NCBI RefSeq assembly: GCF_006345805.1
Contig: NC_043010.1
Location: 54,250,001-54,314,000 of the forward strand
Length of the DNA stretch: 64,000 bases
Direction of reading: 5' to 3'
Origin: Octopus sinensis
Lineage: Eukaryota
Part shown: piece after piece, positions 23,673 through 37,095 of the stretch
Numbering within the stretch: position 1 is the first letter of the stretch
How the letters are laid out: every line of letters starts with the position of its first letter
The notes under the pieces: generated by a model
Seen by the model: only the letters and a program-made list of their open reading frames with translations
Database searches by the model: none
Told to the model about the DNA's origin: nothing
Translations under genes and position numbers: made by a program

Positions 23673-25011
23673 ACAAGAAACAATATAAGGTAATTGAAAG
23701 ATGATAAATGCCAGCCGCAATGTGGTCACTGAATGAGCTCGAGGTAGCAGTCAAATTCACATCATCTATAGACTATTTTCTTATAAAGGAATGGTACACT
23801 GTCTCTGTAAATACATAATGTTAACAGCTGAAGAACATGTGATAAGTCTGCTCAAGCGGAGCTGTCGTCGCGTCATACAACAATAACAATAATAATTTCT
23901 AAGACAAGCCACGGAAATAACCTCCTTCCTGTTTGACCCCTCAAAATAGCATCTGTATTTTCTTGAATGTTATCCACCGATGAAAATGATGAATGCACGT
24001 ATTGTGCCGGACAGACTTAACTAAGAAAAACGTTGAAATAATGACCATTAGAATGATTTAGCACAGAGTTCCGCTCGAACTATTCTGGTGTGAAACAACA
24101 ATATTAATTAGCCGAAAGATCAGCCTGATTGTTAGTCAATCTACAAGCTAGAATTAATAGCCAATCTATAAAATGCACCTTTTCGAAAAAGAAAACAACA
24201 AAGCAAGACATATTTCACAGTACTGTCCCTAATAAAATAAGGCGGTTAGGATATTCATTAAGGGAGCGTGATTAACCGTTGATCAAATAGATAAAGAGAG
24301 AGACCGAGATTAAAAAGACGACATATCTTTAATTACCAGTATCAACATATTATACGGCACATATACTGGCGCTCTGTGATTATATATTTCTTGCGTTTTG
24401 TAGGGCTCGATAAAATAACAGACCAAAGCGTTTCGTTAATAGTTTGAGCCTCCAATGAGATGCTGTGCAGCCATTTTTCTGGTTCATTGTATAGGGAGTA
24501 GGTGAGCAGTAGACAAAAGAAGTAGGTAGTTTTAATACCACTTCCAGGTGCATATTAAAGTGAATTTTCTGACTTCCATTTAATACGTTGCTTCTGCTTT
24601 GCTGCTGGTGATACTTAACTGAAGCGAAATATATGAGCAAAGGTATTCCAACCGTGACATTCTCGTCCATATATATGGTATTCCTTATAAAGGACAATAT
24701 TCTAAGATATGTACTTGCATTTCCACGAGTAGAACGTTATATGTTATATATTTGGTATTTATCAGGGCGCAACCACATGTATATTAATGGTTCGCTTAAA
24801 TATCGATTGGGGAACCCACAGTCCTGGCTGCTGTGAAAAAACGAACGGTATATACGTCCCATGCATTATCGGATATTCGAGATATACATATTAGTTTATA
24901 AATCAAAGATAAAATATAATTTCGAGGATTGTGAATAAGACATCAATAACGTAAAATTGCTGTTATTGAGTTAGATACGCATCTATGCTCTAGAAAATAA
25001 AAATCCACTTT

Positions 25012-25210
25012 TATTGTTTCTTGCGCATTGGTCAGTTTAATCTGATCGACCAGTCTTATGACCAAACACATTCCTACTTTTCTCATCCCGTCATATCTCG
25101 TGTATGGCGGAAACGTTAGCTTCTGAACTAAACGAAGTCCAGCTGTTGAGATTTCTTTTTATGCACGTTTTAAAACTAATAGCTTTTGTAAACGAAAACC
25201 TGACATCATG
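25012..25210. repeat. Inverted partner of 23086-23299
   Basis: See 23086-23299. Confidence 0.85.
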
Positions 25211-25231
25211 ATGAGCTCAATCCGTGTGTTA

Positions 25232-25614
25232 TGGGAAGCACTCCGTCAGTTACGACGACGAGGGTTCCGGTTGATCCGATCAACGGAACAGCCTGCTCGT
25301 GAAATTAACGTGTAAGTGGCTGAGCACTCCACAGACACGTGTACCCTTAACGTAGTTCTCGGGGATATTCAGCGTGACACAGAGAGTGACAAGGCCGGCC
25401 CTTTGAAATATAGGTACAACAGAAACAGGAAGTAAGAGTGAGAGAAAGTTGTGGTGAAAGAGTAGACCAGGGATCACCCCCACCCTGCCGGAGCCTCGTT
25501 GAGCTTTAGGTGTTTTCGCTCAATAAACACTCACAACGCCCGGTCTGGTAATCGAAACCGCGATCCTACGACCGCGAGTCCGCTGCCCTAACCACTGGAC
25601 CATTGCGCCTCCAC
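25232..25614 (-). mobile_element. Full-length SINE family B with 12-bp TSD
   Basis: TSD atccgtgtgtta at 25220-25231 and 25615-25626. High similarity to 23300-23672. Confidence 0.93.
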
Positions 25615-26481
25615 ATCCGTGTGTTAACCACTTAACCGACAGAGCAAGAAAACGTTCTCCACATTGTTGATAATGAAAAACAGAACATAGGATAATTTGA
25701 TCATAGACATATTGTCATTCCGACGCAAAACCATAGATGTTCAGATCTTATACTGTTTTATCTGCTAGGGAGCTGCCTTGTACTTCAAACTTATTCATGC
25801 ATTATCATCTTTATTTCAATATTTATGTTGGCGATATCTCACATAACTACTTCAATTCATCTTGAGATGCTCTGCAACATCACCCACCTGTCTTAAAATG
25901 GGAATTATTTTCAACAATCCATTTGACAGCCTAGTGACATCTATGAGAGGAACAAAATCGACTATAGAGGGATGCGGCTGATTTCTCGTCTTTGTTGGTG
26001 CATTGTTCAATTATTCTATTATTGACAGTGGGAAGTGGTATCCCAAGGTTTTACGTAACTGAGGCGTGCACCATCTACCCAGAGGTTGACCAGCAATACG
26101 TACTCTTTCAAAATCAGACTATTTTCTTATACTTTTGGTGTCTGAGGCACGGGAGTTACTAATGATTATAGTAAAATGGAAAATGATAATATATTTACAG
26201 GTTTCAAGCATCAGGTTGTGTCTGCCCAGATAAAGCGGTAGAGTGTGGTGTGTCTATTTGTCAGTTTTCTTTTGGGATGCCTGTGTACCCATATATACAC
26301 ACAAATACATAAACGTACATATACATATGTAATCAAACACACACTCATACACATGAGCACACACAATCACAAACACACGCATGCAAAAACTTGCTTCGCA
26401 ACCACATGACAACTTCGGCAAGTCTATTTTACTATAGCCTCAAGCCGACCAAAATCTTGTGAGTCGATTTTGAAATAAGCC

Positions 26482-26539
<58 letters not shown>

Positions 26540-26542
<3 letters not shown>

Positions 26543-26735
26543 ATCCAAATATGAAAATACGAAGAGAAAACACAACAACGCGGATACGTGGAACAAATAT
26601 AGTATTATTGGACGCTCAGGAAAGAAGGAGGGACTAACGTTTCGAGCGGAGCTCTACGTCAGAAACACAGGAAAAGGAAAGATCCAGAGAAGGGAAGACG
26701 GAGAAAAAATATCGCCAACGTTACACATGCGGCAT
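26540..26735 (-). repeat. Dispersed repeat family P2 with hammerhead-like core relic
   Basis: Homologous to 34060-34250. Minus strand 26632-26662 reads CTGACGTA GAGC TCC GCTC GAAAC GTTA GTC. Confidence 0.75.
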
Positions 26736-27374
26736 ATATGTATGTATATCTATATCTATCTCTCTATCAATCCATTTATATATAGATCATTAATTCTAAT
26801 ATCGATCTTATCAAGTGGCTAGCATGGGAATAAAACCCTTCAAAGGTAATGATTATTATTAAAATTATAACTTAGGGAATCTAGGAGACACTACCACGCT
26901 GGAAATAGCAGACAAAACATGACTCTAAAACCTCATTAAATGTCCATATAGCACTAGGAGAGAAGACAAAAAGAAAAAATAAAGTAACAAAAAATTACTG
27001 GAAAATTTCTGGATTATTCAGTAATTCCAGGAATTATCCAGTAATTTTTTGCTAGTTTATTTTGTCCTTTTGTCTTACCTCCTGGTGCTGCATGAACATT
27101 TAATATGGTTTTAGAGTCAAGTTTTGGCTGCTATTTCCATCGTGGTGGTGTCTCTTAGATACCCTAAGTTATAATTTTAATAATAATTATTACCTTTGAA
27201 GGGTTTTATTCCCATGCTAGCCACTTGATAAGATCGATATTAGAATTAATGATCTATATATAAATGGATTGATAGATAGATAGATATAGATATACATACA
27301 TACATGCCGCGTGTGTACCGCTGGCGATTTTTTTTTATCTCCGTCTTCCCTTCTCTGGATCTTTGCTTTTCCTG
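26668..27374. repeat. Large fold-back, ~350-bp arms, ~5-nt loop at 27017-27021
   Basis: Arm-by-arm comparison: outer part ~90% identical, middle ~110 bp with one mismatch, inner ~120 bp with about 18 mismatches. Confidence 0.92.
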
Positions 27375-28119
27375 CTATTTCCATCATGGTGGTATCTCTT
27401 ATATACCCTAAATTATAATTTTATATATACATATATATATAGATATATATGTGTGTATTTCTATATTTTGTAGACATATATGAAACACTTTCAACAATAA
27501 CCCATGTGCACCTTACATGTTACAACGTAATTAGATTAAACGAGTCATTCTTTTTTTCTCCCAGAAATTTTCCAACTTGTATTCAAAACGTGTATAAATT
27601 ATTTACGGCTGCAATGAAAGTCTGTTCAATAATAGAAAACATATTGACGGAAAGCGTTAACTTCTAATTCACCACGTAAACGAATTATATGTATTCTTAG
27701 CACATATTTATCTGTATAACATCCACAACAATTACGAAATTAATATACTTCTATTATTTTTCTTCTCTGCAAAATACGGCAGCCATTATTGTCTGTGTTC
27801 GCATATATAACTCGTAGAGAATATGGCGTTTCTGTTGTAATTATTTTTGTTAGATATATATATACGCTAGTTCTGTTAAATCTGTTTTTTTTTTTGCCTC
27901 CTTATGCTTACTCCTGTCTCATATTGCAGATCAATTTTCGTTTTAAAAATCAATGCTTTAAATGGAATTGTTATTGTTATAGCTGCCATCATTAATGATC
28001 GATTATACGTTAAACCGCCTCTGCCCTGAGAAAAGTATGTAGATCGTTCAATATGGCTACACAACGAAATTTGTTGCCGTGTGATTAAGAGAGAGATCAA
28101 TAACAATATAGATATTATC

Positions 28120-28151
28120 ATCATCATCGTCGTCGTCATTATTATTATTAA

Positions 28152-28236
<85 letters not shown>

Positions 28237-28998
28237 ATTTATTATTATTATTATTATTATCATTATTAATATTATTATTATTATTATTATTATATTATCA
28301 TTATTAATATTTTATTATTATTATTATTATTATTATTATCATTATTATTATTATTATTTTATTATTATTATTATTATTATTATATATTATATTATTTATT
28401 ATTATTATTATTGATGCGAGCGAGCAGAGCATGCCATCAAAGTGACACTGGGGTAAAATATACGAAGCCCAGTATACCCATCATGACTACCCGTCTGATA
28501 AGGGTACACCAGGCACATGCATCACAACCATATGTGCGCGACATGGTGGTCTCATATCAAGATAAACAGCACATGACCTTGCAGGTGGAGCCCAGTTAGA
28601 ATTTTCTTCAGATCGAGTAACCCATCCCGCTCAAAAGGTCCATGAATAAGGGTTACTTAAGGACGTTGAACGAAACACCCATGTTTCCAGAGGTGAATTA
28701 TTCAAACCCCAAAGAATCCTTCTCAACACATGGCTATGATGCTCCCCCACTACTTCTGCTCGTGATCAGAGATGCACATATCGTCAGCCACTAAGGGACA
28801 TGCTCAACTGGCTAAGGTCAAACAACTAACAAGCAAATCTGTGGTACTGAGCAGAATATTTGCTGTAGCCCATCTTTTATACCAAGACAAAACAATGTAC
28901 ATGATAACACTTCCAATCTTATTATTATTATTATTCGATTATTATATTATTATTTCATTATTATTATTATCATTGATATATTATTTATTATATTATTA

Positions 28999-29033
<35 letters not shown>

Positions 29034-29453
29034 GTATAATATTATTTTATTATTATTATTATTACTATCATCAACATCAATCATCATCATCATCATCATC
29101 ATTAATGTTCTTGTTGTGTTGTTGCTATTATTGAGTGACACGGCAGTGCCATGCCATCACAGTGACATTGGGGTACAAATATACGAAGCACAATATAGTC
29201 ATCATGAAATCCCGTCTGATAGGGTACCCCATACACATGCATCACACCTATATGTGCGCGAACGGTGATTCTGGTTTTTTTTTTTTCTCCTGTCTCATCA
29301 TCATCATCATCATCATCATAACAATCATCATCATCATCTTCTTCTTCTTCTTCTACTACTACTACTACTACACTACTACTACACTATTACTTCTGATGTT
29401 ACTGCTCCTCCCCTCCCCTCTCCTCCTCATTATTATCATTATTATCATTATTG

Positions 29454-29497
<44 letters not shown>

Positions 29498-29547
29498 ATT
29501 ATTATTATTATTATCATTATTATTATTATCATTATTATTATTATTGA

Positions 29548-29623
<76 letters not shown>

Positions 29624-29907
29624 CTATCATCAACATCATTATCATCATCATCATCATTAATGTTCTTGTTGTTGTTGCTATTATTGAGTGACACGGCAGT
29701 GCATGCCATCACAGTGACATTGGGGTACAAATATACGAAGCCCAATATAGTCATCATGAAATCCCGTCTGATAAGGGTACCCCATACACATGCATCACAC
29801 CTATATGTGCGCGACATGGTGATTCTGCTTTTTTTTCTCCTCCTTCGTCTCATCCATCATCATCATCATCATAATCATCATCATCTTCTTCTTCTTCTAC
29901 TACTACT

Positions 29908-29943
<36 letters not shown>

Positions 29944-30184
29944 TTACTTCTGCTGTTACTGCTCCTCCTCTCCCCTCTCCTCCTCATTATTATCATTATT
30001 ATCATTATTATTATTATTATTGTTGTTGTTGTTGTTATTATTATCATTATCATCATCATCATCATCATCATTATTATTATTATTATTATTATTAATAATA
30101 ATAATAATAATAATAATAATCATAATAATAATAACAATAACAATAACATTAATATTATCACTACCAGCACCACCACCACCACCG

Positions 30185-30248
<64 letters not shown>

Positions 30249-30372
30249 GATTATTAATATTATTATTATTATTATTATTAATATTATTATTATCACCACC
30301 AGCATCACAACCACCACCATCATCATCATCTTTATCATTATTATCACTATTATTATCCTCATCGACATCACC

Positions 30373-30404
<32 letters not shown>

Positions 30405-30500
30405 TTTTAATATTATTATACGACAACTTTCAAAATTGATATTCCAATCGCCCTTGTTGTTGTTGTGGTTGTTGTCGATGTTGCGATGTTGTTGTTGTTA
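28120..30500. repeat. Complex (ATT)/(ATC)/(ACT) microsatellite field with embedded family C pieces and a ~553-bp tandem duplication
   Basis: The gagtgacacggcagt anchor occurs at 29133 and 29686, with duplicated flanking microsatellite variants. Confidence 0.9.
28413..28919 (-). mobile_element. Family C copy
   Basis: Collinear with 85-565. Confidence 0.85.
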
Positions 30501-31731
30501 ATATGATCGTGGTAGTGATACCGCTGATGACGACCATCTTTCTCGTGGTACGTCTTAATAGTGTTTTGTTTCTCTAAAATCTTCTGTTGATGTTGTTTTC
30601 GCTTCGAACTTCATTAACGTTCTGACTGTTCTAATGTGTCACGCCATTGTTTTTAGCAATTGTGTTTATCGCTGCTGTTTTTGTTTTTTTTTTATTGCTT
30701 TTCTTTCACCTCGGTGCCGTGGCTTTTGTTATTATTGCTGTCACATTTATTCGTTAATGTTACAGATTTCAGCCAACGAGCCACATTATTGTGTTGATGA
30801 TGTAAGATGCCGAGCTGGAGATCGACGCAATATCGGTATCATTAAATAATAATTGTATAGGTTCTAATGAACCTATACAATCATTATTTTTTTATAATTA
30901 ATAGAAATATACAGACGGTGATCTAGAGGAACAAGCGTTTAAACAAACAACCCTGCTTGTGTATTTCTTCGTCATCGTAATTGTCTCTGTTACTTGACTG
31001 AAACTGTGCTGGGGTACCCTCGTGAAGCGTTTAATTAAACGAAATCGTCCTCCTTATATTGTTGTATTTAGGAAGGGTCATTTTGCCAGTTTAGCCAATA
31101 AAAACACATGCACTATATATTTGTGTTACTTTGCTTCAGCGTTATTTATTTTTTACATTAATCTTAATATTATTTCAGCCAGAGTTCTTTCGTCACACTC
31201 CTGTGACCGCATCGGTGGTCTTTTGCTTTCTTCTTTCTTATTTGTATATCTCTCCTTACGAACCGTCAGCCATTTTGTATTTTGTAGATATAGTGCGTAT
31301 GTTTTTATTGGCTATACTGGCAAAATGACCATACCTAAATACCACAATATCTGTTTCAACAAACGATTTCGCATCAAAAATCTTGCAAAACAAATATATA
31401 TCCTCATTATATATTTTTTATTTAAAACAGCTTCCTATTATAATTTACTATATATTCTACAAAGAAGTAAAATAATTCACCAATGGAGGATAGATGTGAG
31501 GACAGCTTAAAAATTGAGTATGTACTTGATTGAAGACGGACAAAATTGGCCACAATCCTCAGTTTTATGTTCTGATAAAAAAACTACTTTACATTAAACT
31601 GAAAGGGTACTGAATACTACTGACACACTCACAGACACACACACACAATCTGTTGTTCCTTCCATCTGATTATCTGATTTATATTCTACTCTCATTTGGT
31701 CCATTCCTCCGTTAGTTTCTTTGTGCGTCAA

Positions 31732-32670
31732 GGCAGCGATCTGGCAGAAACGTTAGTTACGCCGGGCGAAATGCTCTGTGGTATTTCGTCTGCCGTTAGG
31801 CTCTCAGTTCAAATTCCGCCGGGGTGGACGTTGCCTTTCATCCTTTCGGGGTCGATTAAATAAGTACCAGTTACGCACTGGGGTCGATGTAATCAGCTTA
31901 ATCCGTTTGTCTGTCCTTGTGTGTCTCCTCTGTGTTTAGCCCCTTGTGGGTAGTAAAGAAATAGCTATTTCGTATGCCGCTACGTTCTGAGTTCAAATTC
32001 CGCCGAGGTCGACTTTGCCTTTCACCCTTTCGGGGTCGATAAATTAATTACCAGTTACGCCCTGGGGTCGATATAATCGACTTAATCCGTTTGTCTGTCA
32101 TTGTTTGTTCATTCTGTGTGTAGCCCCTTGTGGATAGTAAAGAAATAGGTATTTCGTCTGCCGCTACGTTCTAAGTTCAAATTCCGCCGAGGTCGACTTT
32201 GCCTTTCATCCTTTCGGAGTCGATAAATTAAGTACTTGTTACGCACAGGGCTCAATATAATCAACTTAATCCCTTTGTCTGTCCTTGTTTGTTCTCTCTG
32301 TGTGTAGCCCCTCGTGGGTAGTAAAGAAATAGGTATTTCGTCTGCCGCTATGTTCTGAGTTCAAATATCACCGAGGTCGACTTTGCCTTTCATCCATTCG
32401 GGGTCGGTTAGATAAGTACCAGTTACGCACTTGGGTCAATATAATCGACTTAATCCCTTTGTCTGTCCTTGTTTGTCCATTCTGTGTTTAGCCCCTTGTG
32501 GGTAGTAAAGAAATAGTATTTCCTCTGATGTATTTATATTCTGAGATCAAATTCCACTGAGGTTGACTTTGCCTTTCATCCAATTAAGTACCTGTTGCAT
32601 ACTGGGGTCGATCTAATCGACTGATCTCCTCCCAAAAATTTCGGGCCTTCTGCCTAGAGTAGAAAATCAT
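31732..32670 (+). mobile_element. tRNA-derived SINE family D amplified internally into ~4.7 tandem 184-bp units
   Basis: Single head (ggcagcgatctggcagaaacgttag). Anchor tattt recurs at 31782, 31966, 32150, 32334 and 32517. B-box-like gagttcaaattcc. Head fragment also at 50398-50463. Confidence 0.88.
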
Positions 32671-33506
32671 GTTTGTACTTCCGTACTGCGCAATTAAAAA
32701 ACCGCACAGTGCATTTTCAAATCAAAAATCTGCCAATCCAATTAATAATTTCGGAATTTATTTTTACCTGAAATAAAACAACTATCATATGTTCACAGCC
32801 ATGACTATTTGTTATAAGAAGCATTCTCCCTTAACGCATACACGTATAACACATTTGTGTACATCACAGATAGAAAGGCTTTGAGTACTGAAACTACCAT
32901 TTTGACGTAACATGTACTGGAATGAATCTATTTTATTATCACACATTGAAATTAAAATTGCGAAAGCAATATAATATTCATTACGTATGTGGATTCGAAG
33001 TAGATCAAAGAGGAGGAATAAATATTTCATAAAATTAAGACAATGAAATCAAATGAGGTTACGTAATACTTTGATGTAAATTAGATAAAAAATAACATTG
33101 CGCAAATTTTGCATGCATTTCATAAATGGGAAAGAATGATTTTTGAAATCGCCATCAAATAAATATATAGAAGGGTAATGTATGTAAATGAAAGGGAAAA
33201 TACAAATTTCAGTTTTATACTCAATATCAGAGATAAAAGATGTATAATTAATGCATTAATATTAACGTCGCTTTCAATTTCAAAATGCTTGCTATAGGAA
33301 ATGTAATTACAGCGTTGCTGAAAGAAATTTGATATCATTTAGAATGTAAAGATGTCTGCACATGTATATGTCATATGGTCATATGCATAGATATATAAAT
33401 GCATGTATGTATACAGACATACATACATATGTATACATAAATACATATGCATGTGTGTGAATATATGTATATATATATGTATGTATGAATATATATATAT
33501 TATATA

Positions 33507-33577
<71 letters not shown>

Positions 33578-33648
33578 GTACATACATACATACATACATT
33601 CATACATATATATATATATAATATATATATATTATATATATATACGTA

Positions 33649-34047
33649 CACTTTTATACTCTTTCACTTGTTTCATTCATTTGCCTGGGTCCATGCTGGA
33701 GCACCACCCTTAGGCGAGGAAATTGGCCCCAGGACTTATACTTTGTAACCCTAGTACTTATTCTATCGGTCTCTTTTGTCGAATCGCTAAGTTATGGAAA
33801 GGTAAACACACCAGCATCGGTTGTCAAGCGATGTTGGGGAGGAGGACAAACACAGACACACAAACACGCATATATACATATATACGAGAAGCTTATTTAA
33901 TTTTCCTTCTACCAAATCCACTCACAAGGCTTTGGTCGGTCCGAGGCTATAGTAGAAGACACTTTCCCAAGGTGCCACGCAGTGGGACTGAACCCGGAAC
34001 CATGTGGTTGGCAAGCAAGCAACTTATTACATAGCCACTTCTGCGCC
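33649..34047 (-). mobile_element. SINE family A, near full length
   Basis: Reverse complement of 44241-44629. Confidence 0.9.
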
Positions 34048-34059
34048 TATATATATAGT

Positions 34060-34250
34060 TAATCCAAACATGAAAACACAAAGAGAAAACACAACAACGC
34101 GAGGACGTGGAACAAATATAGTATTATTGGACACTCAGGAAGGAAGGGAAGAAGGAGGGTTTTACTTTTTGAGCGGAGCTCTTCGTTAGAAACATAGGAA
34201 AGGGAAAGATCTAGAGAAGGGAGGACGGAGGAAAAACAATCGACATGCTC
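34060..34250 (-). repeat. Dispersed repeat family P2 copy
   Basis: Homologous to 26540-26735. Confidence 0.8.
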
Positions 34251-34941
34251 ATAAATATATTCGCACTTATATGTATGTATGTACATGTCAATGACTTACT
34301 GGATGTGAACACAAATCTCGTATAAAGGACAAAAAAGAAAGGTTGAAATAAAGACCCCGGAATCATTTGAACTCAGAACGCAAATACAGTCGAAATGCCG
34401 CTAAGCATTTTGCTGGCTATGATAATGATTCTGCCAGGTAATCTTCATTGCAATTAAGTTTTGAAGAGGCATGTTGCGAAAAGGCCCATAATGGAAATGA
34501 AATATTGACTTGAATCTATGACACAAAGCCAACAAGTTCAGGGGACGGGGAAGAAATGTAACCCTTGAAAAAAAAGATACAGAAGAACCACCAATAGATG
34601 TAACAGAGGAGGAGTTGCAATTTCAGAGTGACGTAGAAAATGAGGGAGAACACCTAGAATCTCGGAAAACAAATGATAAAAGCACACAGGGGAGAAATAC
34701 GGAATTGCAGTTGGATGAACGCAACACACACATAGGTGTAGGAGTGAGTGTGTGGTATGCAACCTGCTTACCAACCACATGGTTCCGGGTTCAGTCCCAC
34801 TGCATTGGCAAGTGTGTTCTACTATAGCCTCGGGCCGACCAATGCCTTGTGAGTGGCAGGAAAATGGAAGGAAAAAGAAAGAACACGGAAAACAAAAAGG
34901 TGAAGGGAAAACATAGTAAGACAGGATACTGAATGGTGAGT

Positions 34942-35331
34942 GGAGGCGCAATGGCCCAGTGGTTAGGGCAACGGACTCGCGGTCGGAGGATCGCGGTTTC
35001 GATTCCCATACCGGGCATTGTGAGTGTTTATTGAGCGAAAACACCTAAAGCTCCACGAGGCTCCGGCAGAGGGTGGTGGTGAACCCTGCTGTACTCTTTC
35101 ACCACAACTTTCTCTCGCTCTTTCTTCCTGTTTCTCTTGTACCTGTATTTCAAAGGGCCAGCCTTGTCACATTCTGTGTGTCACGCTGAATCTCCTCGAG
35201 AACTACGTTAAGGGTACACGTGTCTGTGGAGTGCTCAACCACTTGCACGTTAATATCACGAGCAAGCTGTTCCGTTGATCGTATCAGCTGGGACCCTCAT
35301 CATCGCAACCGACGGAGTGCTCCTACAATAC
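34942..35331 (+). mobile_element. Full-length SINE family B with 10-bp TSD
   Basis: TSD aatggtgagt at 34932-34941 and 35332-35341. Confidence 0.92.
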
Positions 35332-35769
35332 AATGGTGAGTATTTAAATTGTGAAAAGTCTGTAACTGGAAAAAGTATTACATTTTGCATTTACTGTTAA
35401 AAAAAAGAGAAAAATACCGTAAATTTGAACCGTTAATGAACAGGTTTCTTTAGGCTTTAGTAAACAGTGATAAACAGTTTTCTTTTGTTTTAAAAAGAGA
35501 AATAATAAGAACAGTATAAACAGTTATTGTAAACGATATAATGATAGGGCAGAAAACAAAGGGAGAAGTCGCAGTTTCGATTCAGGGCGAAAGTAGACGT
35601 TATCGAAAGGTTTAAGTGTAAAAAGGAATTCACGGTTTTATATCGCAGCGGGAGCGAGAAGACCGTCACATTGGTATTATTTATATTTATATATCATTTC
35701 ATATATCATACTTCATGTGTTTTATGTTCCCGCACGTCTTTTTATGTCCCCTCTATATTTAGGCCTTGT

Positions 35770-35970
35770 GCCTGTAATAAAGAGAAAAAAGTTCAGGGGA
35801 CGGGGTATGTCACATCAACCCCAGTCCTCGATTGCTTCTTATTTTATCGACCTCGAAAGGATAAGAGGCACAGATGGCCTTAGCAGAATTTGAAATGTGA
35901 ACGTAAAGACGGACGAACTGCCGCTACATTTTTTACCCTTCTAAATAATGCTTCTGACAGCGCACCGCGA
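35770..35970 (-). mobile_element. Degenerate SINE family D copy
   Basis: atcaaccccagt...ttattttatcgacctcgaaaggat...gcagaatttgaa is the reverse complement of the 184-bp unit core. Confidence 0.55.
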
Positions 35971-36819
35971 AACGGAAACGAAATATTGGTAAACGGCAAG
36001 AGAAAAGTAGTATTTTCTAAGGGAAATGTGTTTGCCACCATAGATTGATACGGAATAAAGTAAGTGGAAGTATTAAAACACGTTTGGATGTTATATAATT
36101 CATATGGCCAGTTAAGAACTGCACGAATGAAGAAAGGAAGGCAGATTAATTTAAAAGCTCAGATGGAAAAGTAATTGTTATGATAAAGATTAAATATGAA
36201 AGAAAAAAACTGATGTAACATCCCTGGCGGTACTTAGATAAGGATACATTTTAACGTGTCATTTGAAGTTGAACAATAAGGCATATAACTAGAAATCTGG
36301 AACAAAAAAGCGTTTGATGTCAAAAGAATATTAATCTTTAGTGTGAAACACCGATATGATGTAAAGTTGGATGGAAGTTTGAGAATGCACATTTGTGACA
36401 TGAGGCAGTTAAATATGATTTTTTTCTTCTACTAGAAAACACTCTTTTAGCCGCAAGACACAAATAGAAACGCGGACAAATTTTCTATATACAAAACATG
36501 AAATAGCATGTGATCCTGTTTCGTAACTTCTTTCCTTCTGACTTGTTATATATGTATATCTGTGAAAGCTACAATATGTAGACGTACATGAATATATTTT
36601 CGCCTAAATTATACTGCAAAAACATTTATTCTGTGAAAACGTATTTTTAAATATTTATTTTATGTATAAAGCTGTTTTCCATTTATGCTTATAAGTTAAA
36701 CTTATACACAAAAAGTATACATGTATAAAAAAGAAACAACTATCGCATTTTTAAAATGTTTCAATATTATCTTACATAAATATACACATATATAACATCA
36801 GCATTTATGTGTGTATGCT

Positions 36820-36860
<41 letters not shown>

Positions 36861-37095
36861 ATATCTATCTATCTATCTATATCTATCTATCGCTCACAAT
36901 GGACGGACGCTAGTCATATCGGCTCCACGTAAGTTGACCACTTTTACATGTTTAAAACTCCTTGTCGTCAAATATTTTGTTTTAATCGTTGTGCAAGTTC
37001 ATTCACTAAAAAACCTGAGAATTATTCACGTAGAAATTACCAGAAATTACCAGAAACTTTCAAAACTTTCGTTGGTTTTTTAGCCATTTTTCATT

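Noticed and set aside
25040-25115. Hammerhead-like (CTGATGA in the 23.2-kb copy ... GAAAC GTTA GC)
   Set aside because: Stem II is out of register and there is no NUH triplet.
29135-30250. 371-aa poly-I/L/Y ORF
   Set aside because: Translation of (ATT)n microsatellites and family C fragments.
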